Part shown: one piece after another, positions 32,026-40,744 of the stretch
Layout of the letters: every line of letters starts with the position of its first letter
How positions within the stretch are numbered: position 1 is the first letter of the stretch
Origin: an uncultured Actinomycetes bacterium
Lineage (GTDB): Bacteria; Actinomycetota; Acidimicrobiia; Spongiisociales; DATADW01
DNA: 64,000 nucleotides
Assembly: GCA_963733905.1 (NCBI GenBank)
Contig: CAVTEU010000012.1
Location: 32,603 to 96,602, forward strand
Direction of reading: 5' to 3'
Translations under genes and position numbers: made by a program
The notes under the pieces: model-generated
What the model saw: only the letters and a program-made list of their open reading frames with translations
Databases searched by the model: none
What the model was told of the DNA's origin: nothing

Positions 32026-33330
32026 CTTCCCAGCCGATCGAGCACCCCGTACCACCCTGCGGCCACGGGCAGGAACCAAGGGCGGCGCCGGTAGTACCAC
32101 CTCGCCGGGTGCAACAGCTTCTCGAACGGGCCCGGGTTGGGGGTCTCGCCGCTGATCCTCCCCGCAACCTCGTCTCCCAAATAGGTGGCAAGCGCCACAC
32201 CATGGCCGCCGTACCCAAGCGCATACCACACCTCGCCGATCCGGCCGATGTGGGGGAGGAGGTCGAAGGTGGCGCCGAGCGTGCCGCCCCAACTGTGCGT
32301 GATGACGACGTCGGCAAGCTCGGGGAAGATGGCGGCGATGCGCCTTCGGAGCTTGGCGGCGCTGTCCACGAGGTCTCTTCCGGTCCGAAGGTCGTGACGC
32401 CCACCCAGCAGCAGACGGTCGTCCGGGGTGCGGCGGAAGTAGGTGAGCAGCCGCTCCATGGTCCAGAGCATGCGGTTGCCCGGGATGAGCCGCTCGGCCA
32501 GCCCTCCCGGCAGTGGCTCGGTCACTGCGATGTAGCTGCCAACCGGTACCACTCGGCGGCGGAGCCAAGGGACGAGGTCACCGGTGAGCCCGTTGGTTGC
32601 CACCAGCACCGACTGTCGCTTCGATCTCGCCTTCAGGGGTGCTGACACGCACACCCGAACCGGTCGGTGTCAGTTCGAGCGCCGGGGTCTGCTCGCAGAG
32701 CACCGCACCCGCCGCCACCACGGCTTTGGCCAGCCCGAAGGCGTATCGAGCCGGATGCAGTCCACCGCCGGCCGGCTCGTTGACGGCGGCGGCGAACCGG
32801 TCGCTCCCCACCACGTCATGGATCCTGTCCTGTCCCGACCACTTCGGTCGGATATCCCATTTCAGACTCGAACCAGGCAGCTTCATCTCGAAGTGCGGGG
32901 AGCAACTCGGGCCGCTCGGTCAGCCCGGCCATCCCCACCCGCCGCCACCCGGCATCGATGCCCTCGCTGGTGACGATCTCCTCGACCAGATCCACGGCGC
33001 GCTCGGTGGCCTTCCACATCTCCTGGGCGACGTCCATACCCCGCTCTTTGGCAACGGCCCTGCACACCGCGCTTGACATCGGGGCTGACCATCCCGGCGT
33101 TGATGCTCGATGCACCCGAGGCAACGCTTCCTGCTTCGAGGATGACCACGTCATGCCCCGATCGCACCAGCCGGCGAGCCGCAGATAAGCCCGGTGTAGC
33201 CCGAGCCAACCACGACCACGTCGCACTTGGCGGGAAGGTCGGACGAGAGCCCTGACGGCGGGGGATGGTCCTCGATCCAGAACGGCACAGTGGACAGTTG
33301 CGGTCCTGCCGTGCCGTCTCCAGTGCTCAC
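32022..33330 (-). CDS. FAD-dependent amine/amino-acid oxidoreductase (DAO family, PuuB-like); four or more frameshifts
   Basis: GTG 33330 overlaps the aminotransferase stop (GTGA). CDVVVVGSGYTGLSAARRL (ORFs 33151..33468 and 32883..33209), middle pieces in 32816..33367 and 32578..32886, and the C-terminal 210 aa intact in ORF 32022..32654 (..SWGGTLG..LGYGGHGVA). Confidence 0.7.
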
Positions 33331-34569
33331 GGAGCTGTGGACGCCTCGATCCCTCGCCGTAGGCCATCGGCGAGCTCGTCGACCTGCTCGGTGGTGAGGA
33401 TCAGTGGCGGGGAGACCTGGAGGGCGCCACCACCCATTGCCCGGGTGATGACGCCGGCATCGCGGCACGCCGATGCCGTCGCTCCCGCCCTGGCCGGGTC
33501 GTCTGCGGTGAGCTGCACCGCGCCAAGGACCCCAACGCCACCCCTGATGTGGTCCACTCCCTCCAGGTCGGCCAGCGGGGCAAGCGCCGTCTTCAGTTCC
33601 CCCTCCAGTTCCTTGGCGCGCTCGAGGACTCCCTCGCGTTCGATGATGTCGAGGACTACGAGGGCGGCCACGCAGGCGCTGGCATGACCCGAGTAGGTGT
33701 AACCGTGGCGCCAGATCACCCCGGGACGCTCGAAGAAAGGCTCGGCGACTCGAGGAGCGGCGATGACCCCTCCGAGCGGTAGGTAGCCGGCGGTGACTCC
33801 CTTGGCAAAGGTGATGATGTCCGGCTGGAGATCGAAACGGGTCGAGGCGAACCAGTCACCACACCGTCCGAACCCGGTGATCACCTCGTCGGCGACAAAG
33901 AGAGCACCGGCTCGCCGCACCGCCTCGCGCACCGATGGCGAGATAGCCCTCTGGCGCGGGTCTCACCCCGCCGGCGCCGATGACCGGCTCGCAGATCATC
34001 GCCGCCACCCGCTCCGCCCCGACGTGGTCGATCGCCTTCTCCACCGCCTCGGGGTCGTCGTGGGGAACCAGGACCACATCCTCGATGAGCGGCCCGTACC
34101 CGATCCGGTTTGGCTCCATCCCCCCCAGCGAGGTGCCGAAACCGTGCATCCCGTGGTATGCCCACTCCCGGGCGATGAGCACGGTCCGCTCGGGCTGACC
34201 GATCTCGTGGAAATACCGCCTTGCCAGCTTGGCGGCGGTGTCCACCGCGTCGGATCCTCCACTGGTGAGAAACACCTTGCTTCCTTCGATGGGAGCGAGC
34301 GATGCGATCCGGTCGGCCAGCTCGAGGGCGGGGGGCGTGGCGAAGTCGACGAAGAGGTGATAGGCGTGGAGCTCCTCCATCTGCCGAGCGACGGCCTCGG
34401 CGACTTCCCGACGTCCATACCCGATGTTGGAGTACCACAGCGACGCGGCCCCATCGAGATAGCGGCGCCCGGCTTCGTCGAACACGTAAGCGCCTTCGCC
34501 GCGGACCACCACGAAGGGGTGCTCGGCGACGTGGGCCATCGGGGCGAATGGATGCCACAAGCTGCCCAT
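33327..34569 (-). CDS. Class III (omega) aminotransferase; one frameshift near nt 33945
   Basis: MGSLWHPFAPMAH..LWYSNIGYGR..LTSGGSDAVDTA..EPVIGAGGV (ORF 33856..34689), then ALFVADEVITGFGRCG..FAKGVTAGYLPLGG..YTYSGH (ORF 33327..33932). Confidence 0.85.
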
Positions 34570-34591
34570 GGGGGGTTGGACACTAGACGGA

Positions 34592-34680
34592 GGCTCGCCT
34601 CGCTGCGCTCGCTCGCGGTTCTGGGTGATGGGTTTTGGGTTTGAGTTCTCCCACGAGCGACGGACGGCGGTCGGCGAACC
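34592..34680. repeat. Structured intergenic repeat, family 2, copy F (GGCTCGC..CGCTCGC box plus 7-bp arrays)
   Basis: GGCTCGCCTCGCTGCGCTCGCTCGCG, then GTTCTGG GTGATGG GTTTTGG GTTTGAG (34618-34645), then GACGG-rich heptamers (ACGAGCG ACGGACG GCGGTCG GCGAACC). Lies in the divergent spacer between the aminotransferase and amidohydrolase genes. Confidence 0.75.
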
Positions 34681-34722
34681 ACCGACCACCTACCACCCCC
34701 TTCCTTGGCATACTGCCCGGCC

Positions 34723-36344
34723 ATGCCGGCCAGCCTCGCCTTCGTCAACGGAGCGGTGTTCACCGCCGACGCGGCGCGCAGCTGGTGTCGGGCTCTGGCG
34801 GTCGAGGGTGGCCGGATTGCCGCCGTCGGCAGCGACAGAGAGATCGCCGAGCACATCGGGACCGGGACAGACGTCGTAGATCTCGGCGGCCGTCTGCTCC
34901 TCCCCGGGTTCCAGGACGCCCACTGTCATCCCGTCACCTCCGGGCTGGAACTGCTCGGGCTGGCCATGTTGGGGATAGAGACCCGATCCGAATCGCTCGA
35001 GGCGATCGCCGCCTATGCCGCCGCCCAACCCGGAGAAGGAGTGGATCCTGGGCGGCGGGTGGTCGATGGGGGCCTTCCCCGGTGGCACCCCGCGTGCGGG
35101 AGGATCTCGATGCGATCGTCCCCGACCGACCCGTCTTCCTCACCAATCGAGACGGCCACGGCGCCTGGGTCAACAGCCGCGCCCTCGAGATCGCCGGTGT
35201 GGACGATGGCACCCCCGATCCTCCCGACGGCCGGATCGAGCGACGCCCCGACGGCACCCCTGCGGGCACCCTCCAAGAGGGGGCGATGGCTCTCGTTCAG
35301 CGTCATCAGCCCCCGACCACCGAATCAGAGTGGCGCGCCGCCCTCGAAGCGGGTCAGCGGTACATGCTCGATCTCGGGATCACCGGATGGCAGGACGCAT
35401 CGGTCGAGAGCGACGTGGAGGGTGCATACCGTTGGGCGGCTGCCAACGGGAAGCTGCGGGCGCGGGTCGTCGGTTGTTTGTGGTGGGAGCGGGACCGGGG
35501 AGCCGAGCAGATCGAGGAGTTGACGGAGAGGCGGGGGGTCACCGGTCGGTTCTCGCCGACCACGGTCAAATTGATGCTCGACGGTGTCGCCGAGAATTTC
35601 ACCGCCTCGATGCTCGAGCCATACCTCGACGAGGAAGGCCGGCCATCGGAGCGCCGCGGGATCGACTTCATCGATCCAGACAGGCTCGGCGCCTACGTCG
35701 CCGCACTCGACGCGGCCGGGTTCCAATGCCACTTCCACGCCATCGGTGACCGAGCCGTCCGCAGCGCCCTCGATGCGGTCGCCGCCGCCCGCGGCGCCAA
35801 CGGGTGGAACGACCTCCGGCACCACGTAGCTCACATCCAGGTTGTCCACCCCGACGACCTGCCCCGCTTCCGCCGGCTCGGTGTCGCAGCCAACGCCCAA
35901 CCCCTTTGGGCCCAGCACGAGGAGTACCAGCGCGACCTGACCATCCCCTACCTGGGAGAACCGCGCTGGCGCTGGCAGTACCCCTTCGCCAGCCTGATCC
36001 GCCACGGAGCCCAGTTGGCGGTGGGGAGCGACTGGGGTGTTTCCACAGCCGACCCCTGGAAGATCCTCGAGGTGGCGGTGCGCCGGATCGACCCGGAGAA
36101 TCGGGGCGCCGACCCCTTCCTGCCGGATGAGCGGCTGGATCTGCCCACCGCCCTGGCTGCCGCTACGGCAGGGTCGGCTTGGGTCAACCACCTCGACCGG
36201 GATACCGGGACCATCGAGGCGGGAAAGCTCGCCGACCTGGTCGTGGCCGACCGCGACCCATTTGAGGCACTCGATGCGATCGGGGACACCCGGACGGCAG
36301 CGACGCTGATCGAGGGTGAGGTGGTGGCGGGTTCTCTCCCGTGA
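34723..36344 (+). CDS. Metal-dependent amidohydrolase (YtcJ-like, amidohydrolase 3 family); two frameshifts (near 35030 and 35090)
   Basis: MPASLAFVNGAVFT..LLLPGFQDAHCHP (ORF 34705 frame), EKEWILGGGWSMGAFPGG (ORF 35015 frame), then DRPVFLTNRDGHGAWVNS..HFHAIGD..HIQVVHPDD..VGSDWGVS..GTIEAGKLADLVV in ORF 34635..36344. Confidence 0.8.
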
Positions 36345-36388
36345 GGTTTCTGCTCGATGCCCGAGCGTCCTCGGCTCGCCGCGGCTAC

Positions 36389-37045
36389 TTAGCCCTGCTT
36401 GACCAGCCTCTCCACCGCCCGGTGCCCGTTGCCATTGCCCGGCATGGTGATCGACCGCCGATCGAGCACCCGATCGACCAAGCCGTACCCAACCGCTTCC
36501 TCGGCGGTCATCCACCGGTCCCGGTCGGTGTCCAACTCGATCTGCTCCCTGGACTGGCCGGTGTGCATCGCGAGAATGTCGAGCATCTGCTGCTTCATCC
36601 GGATCACCTCGCGGGCGTGGATCTCGATGTCGCTCGCCTGCCCTTGGAGCTGACCGGTGATCACCGGCTGGTGGATGAGGACCCGGCTGTGGGGGAGAGC
36701 GGCTCGTTTCTCAGGTGCGCCGCCGGCGAGGATGACTGCCCCGGCCGATGCCGCCAGACCCACACAGGTGGTGGCGATGTCGGGCCGAACGTGCTGCATG
36801 GCGTCGTAGATCGCCATCATCGCCGACATCTCGCCGCCGGGTGAGTTGACGTAGAGGTTGATGTCCTTTTCTGGATCGTCGGCCTCGAGATGGAGCAGTT
36901 GAGCCACCACCAAGTTGGCGACCTGATCGTCGATTTCCGATCCGAGGAACACCACCCTCGATCCGAGGAGGCGGGAGTAGAGGTCGACAGCTCGCTCGCC
37001 GCGGGGGGTGTCCTCGATGACGGTGGGGACGAGCAGTTGGACCAT
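36389..37045 (-). CDS. clpP: ATP-dependent Clp protease proteolytic subunit
   Basis: Intact 218-aa [50 protein letters not shown] (Ser), LIHQP (His), [13 protein letters not shown] (Asp). It has a C-terminal extension of about 20 residues. No adjacent tig, clpX or second clpP. Confidence 0.9.
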   Translation of the reverse strand: MVQLLVPTVIEDTPRGERAVDLYSRLLGSRVVFLGSEIDDQVANLVVAQLLHLEADDPEKDINLYVNSPGGEMSAMMAIYDAMQHVRPDIATTCVGLAASAGAVILAGGAPEKRAALPHSRVLIHQPVITGQLQGQASDIEIHAREVIRMKQQMLDILAMHTGQSREQIELDTDRDRWMTAEEAVGYGLVDRVLDRRSITMPGNGNGHRAVERLVKQG

Positions 37046-37058
37046 GGTGACCTCCTAA

Positions 37059-37076
37059 CGCAACCAAACGGTTGCG
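37059..37076. promoter_or_regulatory. Inverted repeat CGCAACC-AAAC-GGTTGCG in the clpP / SRPBCC-arsR divergent spacer
   Basis: Perfect 7-bp arms, just upstream of the clpP Shine-Dalgarno (CCTCCT 37051-37056 on the top strand) and 37 nt before ATG 37113. It shares the half-site GCAAC with 37106-37123. Confidence 0.4.
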
Positions 37077-37105
37077 GTTAATCATAGGACGCCTGGGTGC
37101 TAACC

Positions 37106-37123
37106 TGCAACCATGGAGTTGCA
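37106..37123. promoter_or_regulatory. Inverted repeat TGCAAC-CATGGA-GTTGCA overlapping the SRPBCC start codon
   Basis: Perfect 6-bp arms spanning ATG 37113. This is the second GCAAC-type palindrome in the 67-bp spacer. Candidate operator for the co-transcribed ArsR-family regulator. Confidence 0.4.
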
Positions 37124-37523
37124 AGACGAGCCCAGGGTGGTGCGCCGTATCGAGATCGAGCTAGGGCCCGATCGGGTGTGGGAGGTGGTGACCGGGTCGC
37201 TGGGCGACTGGCTCGGCGGTGACATCGAGATCGAGCTTCGGCCGGGGGGCAAGATCCACTTCCGCTCGACGCAGCAGCGGGCGGGAGTCATCGAGGAGTT
37301 TGAGCCGGGTCGCCGGCTGACCTGGCGCTGGTGGGAGGTGGGCGACGACGACGGCTCCACCGACACCGTGGTGGAACTGGCGATCGCCGAAACCGACCGG
37401 GGCAGCGTCCTCACCATCACCGAGATTCGGTCGCCGGCTTGGACCTGGGAGCTCGTCGAGACGACCTGGATCGACCCGCCCTCATCCGACCTCGGTGGGA
37501 TCCTCGCCCTCGCCGGTCGATGA
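37113..37523 (+). CDS. SRPBCC/AHSA1-like domain protein
   Basis: Intact 136-aa ORF (..VWEVVTGSLGDWLGG..GGKIHFRS..IEEFEPGRRLTWRW). The stop overlaps the arsR start (ATGA 37520-37523). The ArsR plus SRPBCC pairing is common. Confidence 0.7.
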   Translation: MELQDEPRVVRRIEIELGPDRVWEVVTGSLGDWLGGDIEIELRPGGKIHFRSTQQRAGVIEEFEPGRRLTWRWWEVGDDDGSTDTVVELAIAETDRGSVLTITEIRSPAWTWELVETTWIDPPSSDLGGILALAGR

Positions 37524-37849
37524 GCGTCGAGGCCGTGTTCTCGGCTCTGGCCGACCCCACCAGACGGCTGGTCCTGCAGCGGGTGGCCGAGCATGGAGAC
37601 GTAACCGCCACCGAGTTGGCTGCCCACCTTCCAGTCAGCAGGCAGGCGGTGTCCAAGCACCTGGATGCGCTGGGCGCCGCCGGGCTGATCCATGGCTCGA
37701 AGGTCGGACGGGAGGTCCAGTATCGGGTCACTCCCGAGCCGCTCACCGGGGCGGTGCGATGGATGCTCGACGTTGGATCGGAGTGGGACGAGCGGGTGAC
37801 CCGGCTGCGGTCCCTCTTCGAGGCCGAAGACGGTTCTGGCGTCACCTGA
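37520..37849 (+). CDS. ArsR/SmtB-family winged-helix transcriptional regulator
   Basis: MSVEAVFSALADPTRRLVLQRVAEHGDVTATELAAHLPVSRQAVSKHLDALGAAGLI (HTH). This is the tail of ORF 37331..37849. Confidence 0.85.
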   Translation: MSVEAVFSALADPTRRLVLQRVAEHGDVTATELAAHLPVSRQAVSKHLDALGAAGLIHGSKVGREVQYRVTPEPLTGAVRWMLDVGSEWDERVTRLRSLFEAEDGSGVT

Positions 37850-37881
37850 GGGGCCATAGCCGCCTCAAGTGACGCCAAAAA
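37838..37881. terminator. Long hairpin at the arsR stop (candidate terminator, orientation ambiguous)
   Basis: GGCGTCACCTGAGG (37838-37851) pairs with CCTCAAGTGACGCC (37863-37876), 13 of 14 positions. It is followed by AAAAA rather than a T-run on the top strand. Confidence 0.4.
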
Positions 37882-37947
37882 CGGGGGGTCCCTCGGCCGA
37901 CCTGACGTCGAACGCTTCCCTATCCTCCCCGCACGCTGAGCAGAGAG

Positions 37948-39024
37948 GTGGGGTTGGCCGAGCCGGCGGTCGAACTCGATGGTGTCGTAAAGCGGTTCGG
38001 CGAGGTGGTGGCGGTCGAGGAGCTCCATCTCGCCATCGCCGACGGTGAGTTCTTCTCGCTGCTCGGCCCTTCGGGGTGTGGCAAGACCACCACCCTCCGC
38101 ATGATCGCCGGTCTCGAGTTCCCCACCGAGGGGAGCATCCGGGTCCACGGGTTCGAAATGGGGCTTCGCCCGCCAAACGAGCGGCCCATCAACACCGTGT
38201 TCCAGTCCTACGCCCTTTTCCCCCACATGACCGTCGCCGGGAACGTCGCCTTCGGGCTGGAGATGCGGAAGGTGCCGAAGTCCGAGGTCAAGGAGCGGGT
38301 GGAGCGCACCATCGACCTTGTCCGGCTCGGCGGGATGGAGGAGCGCAAGCCACGCCAGCTATCCGGTGGTCAGCAGCAGCGGGTGGCGCTGGCAAGGGCG
38401 CTGGTCAACGAGCCGCAGGTGCTTCTCCTCGACGAGCCGCTCGGCGCGCTCGACCTCAAGCTGCGCGAGGCCATGCAGCTCGAGCTCAAGGACCTGCAGC
38501 AGCGGGTCGGGATCACCTTCATCTACGTGACCCACGACCAGGAGGAAGCGCTCACCATGTCGAACCGGATCGGGGTGATGAACCACGGCCGGTTGCTCCA
38601 GGTCGGGCCGCCCGAGGAGATCTACGAGCGCCCCGCCGACCGGTTCGTGGCCGGATTCATCGGCGAGACGAACTTCATCGACGGAAACGTCGTCGAGGAG
38701 GGGCGGGTTTCGATCGCCGACGGGGTGGTGGTGGGGGCGGTGACCACGAGCTCCCCCGGGACCCAAGTGACCCTCCTCCTGCGACCGGAGAGCGTGACGC
38801 TCTACGGCTCGGAGGACGACGTGCCCGCCGGTCATGTGCGGCTCGATGGCAAGGTACGGCGCCGGCTCTACTACGGCGACACCCTCTACTACGAGGTGGA
38901 TCTCGATGCGGGGCCGTTGGTCGATGCCCGGATGGAGAACATCGGCGGCGTTCGCCGGTATGAGTCGGGGGACCGGGTGGTGATCTGCTTCGCGCCCGAC
39001 GCAGCGGAAGCCCTGGAGAACTGA
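37948..39024 (+). CDS. potA: Spermidine/putrescine ABC transporter ATP-binding protein
   Basis: Intact 358-aa ORF. Walker A GPSGCGKTT, signature LSGGQQQRV, Walker B LLLDEP, and a C-terminal TOBE-like domain. Confidence 0.9.
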   Translation: MGLAEPAVELDGVVKRFGEVVAVEELHLAIADGEFFSLLGPSGCGKTTTLRMIAGLEFPTEGSIRVHGFEMGLRPPNERPINTVFQSYALFPHMTVAGNVAFGLEMRKVPKSEVKERVERTIDLVRLGGMEERKPRQLSGGQQQRVALARALVNEPQVLLLDEPLGALDLKLREAMQLELKDLQQRVGITFIYVTHDQEEALTMSNRIGVMNHGRLLQVGPPEEIYERPADRFVAGFIGETNFIDGNVVEEGRVSIADGVVVGAVTTSSPGTQVTLLLRPESVTLYGSEDDVPAGHVRLDGKVRRRLYYGDTLYYEVDLDAGPLVDARMENIGGVRRYESGDRVVICFAPDAAEALEN

Positions 39025-39030
39025 GCGGGG

Positions 39031-39908
39031 ATGGCGGCACCGGCGGTAACACCCGAATTGGAAGCAGCCGCCGAGCGGGCGGAGTCCCGCCGCGGCTTCC
39101 TTCTGGCGGTCCCGGGCTGGGTCTACCTGATCATCTTCTTCGCAATACCACTCGCCATAGTCGTTGTCTACTCATTCGCCTCGCGCAGCGCCACGGGGCA
39201 GACACCTGCTCCAGGACTGGAACCTCGACTCGTACCAGAGGCTGGCTTCGTCGCTGGTCGTCGAGGTCGTGTTCCGCTCGCTCTGGTTGGCGGCGGCGAC
39301 CACCATCATCTGCCTCCTCCTCGGCTACCCATTCGCCTACTACATCGCCACCAGGGGAACGACGATGCGCAACGTCCTGCTCGTCCTGGTGCTCATCCCC
39401 TTCTGGTCCAACTTCCTCGTGCGCACCTATGCCTGGAGGGTGCTGCTCGGGTCTGAGGGCCCTATCTCTCAACTGAGCGAATTGCTCGGGTTGGGGGAGA
39501 CCGGTTGCTGTTCACCACCACTGCGGTCCTGGTGGGCCTCGTCTACGGGTTTCTGCCGTTCATGGTGCTCCCGCTATATGCAGCGATAGAACGGATCGAC
39601 TGGAGCCTGGTCGAGGCGGGTCGCGACCTCTACGCATCCGGATGGAACGCCTTCCGCCGGATCACCTGGCCGCTATCTCGACCGGGGGTGATCGCCGGGA
39701 GCGTGCTCGTCTTCATCCCGACCCTCGGCGCATACGTCACCCCCGAGATCCTGGGCGGCGCCCGAACCACGCTCCTCGGCAGCTTCGTCGTCTCCCAGTT
39801 CCTCGCGGCGCGCAACTGGCCGTTCGGGTCGGCGCTGTCGGTGGCCATCCTCGCCGTGATGCTCGGGGCGACCATGGTCTATTTCCGAACCGGGGGCCGA
39901 ACCTGTGA
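39031..39908 (+). CDS. potB: Spermidine/putrescine ABC transporter permease; about three frameshifts
   Basis: Fragments 39031..39456, 39164..39589 and 39505 onward: WNLDSYQRL..LLLGYPFAYYIA..LIPFWSNFLVRTYAWRVLLG..LLFTTTAVLVGLVYGFLPFMVLPLYAAIERIDWSLVEAGRDLYAS. Probable TGA 39906-39908 overlaps the potC GTG after a GGGGG run (39892-39896). Confidence 0.8.
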
Positions 39909-40740
39909 GGAGGGACCCGGCCCAGCGGGTGGTCCAGCGGCTGTTGGGGCTCCAGGCCTGGCTCGTGTTCCTCTTCCTCTACGCCCCGATCATCGTTCTG
40001 ATCGTCTACTCGTTCAACGACAACCGCAACGTCGGGGTGTGGACCCGTCCTCGCTCCGCTGGTACGAGGCGATGCTCCAGGACGACAAGGTCCTACGGTC
40101 GCTCCGCAACTCGTTGGTAGTCGCCCTGGTTTCGACCATCGTCGCCACCGTCCTCGGCACCGGCCGGCCTCGCACTGGAGCGGTTCAGATTCCGCGGGCA
40201 ACGGGTGTTCGACGGGCTGCTCTACCTACCGATCATCATCCCTGACGTCACCATGGCGGTGATGCTCCTCCTCTTCTTCACCCAAGCCTTCGCCATCGTC
40301 AACGGGGCGCTCGGCACTAGGCTAAACCTCGGGCTCACCTCGATATCACTGGCGCACATCGCCTTCAACATCTCATTTGTCGCCGTGGTGGTCCGTGCCC
40401 GACTCGGCCGATGGACGCCCACCTCGAGGAGGCTGCCTCCGCCCTCTACGCCAACCGATGGCGACGTTCCGTAGGGTCACGCTCCCGTTGATCATGCCGG
40501 GTGGCGGGCGGTGCACTGCTGGCCCAGACCTCTCGCTCGACGATGTCGTCGTCACCAGCTTCGTCACCGGCCCGGGGTCGACGACCCTCCCGGTGTACGT
40601 TTGGGTCCGTCCGACGCGGCGTGTCGCCCCTGATCAACGCGGTATCCACCGCTATGTTGGTCGCGTCGATGATCCTCGTCGGGGTCTCACTCGGTTTTCA
40701 GCGAAGGACCAGGCCAGCGGCAGTGGTAGGACAGGAGTGA
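39905..40740 (+). CDS. potC: Spermidine/putrescine ABC transporter permease; about three frameshifts
   Basis: Fragments 39905..40120 (LVFLFLYAPIIVLIVYSFNDN), part of ORF 39505..40245 (LRWYEAMLQDDKVLRSLRNSLVVALVSTIVATVLG), 40205..40474 (LPIIIPDVTMAVMLLLFF..SLAHIAFNISFVAVVVRARL), and 40501..40740 (..INAVSTAMLVASMILVGVSLGF). Confidence 0.75.
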
Positions 40741-40744
40741 TCCC

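Noticed and set aside
30376-32568. 730-codon minus-strand ORF spanning DUF427, chrA and the FAD oxidase
   Set aside because: Only its middle section (about 31050-31670) is in the chrA frame. The rest is Arg/Pro-rich out-of-frame translation. The real genes were reconstructed from several fragments instead.
22952-36344. Genomic island integrated at tRNA-Leu (accessory-looking genes begin right after the tRNA)
   Set aside because: I found no integrase, no recombination directionality factor, and no direct repeat of the tRNA 3' end downstream. The base composition looks the same as the flanks by eye.
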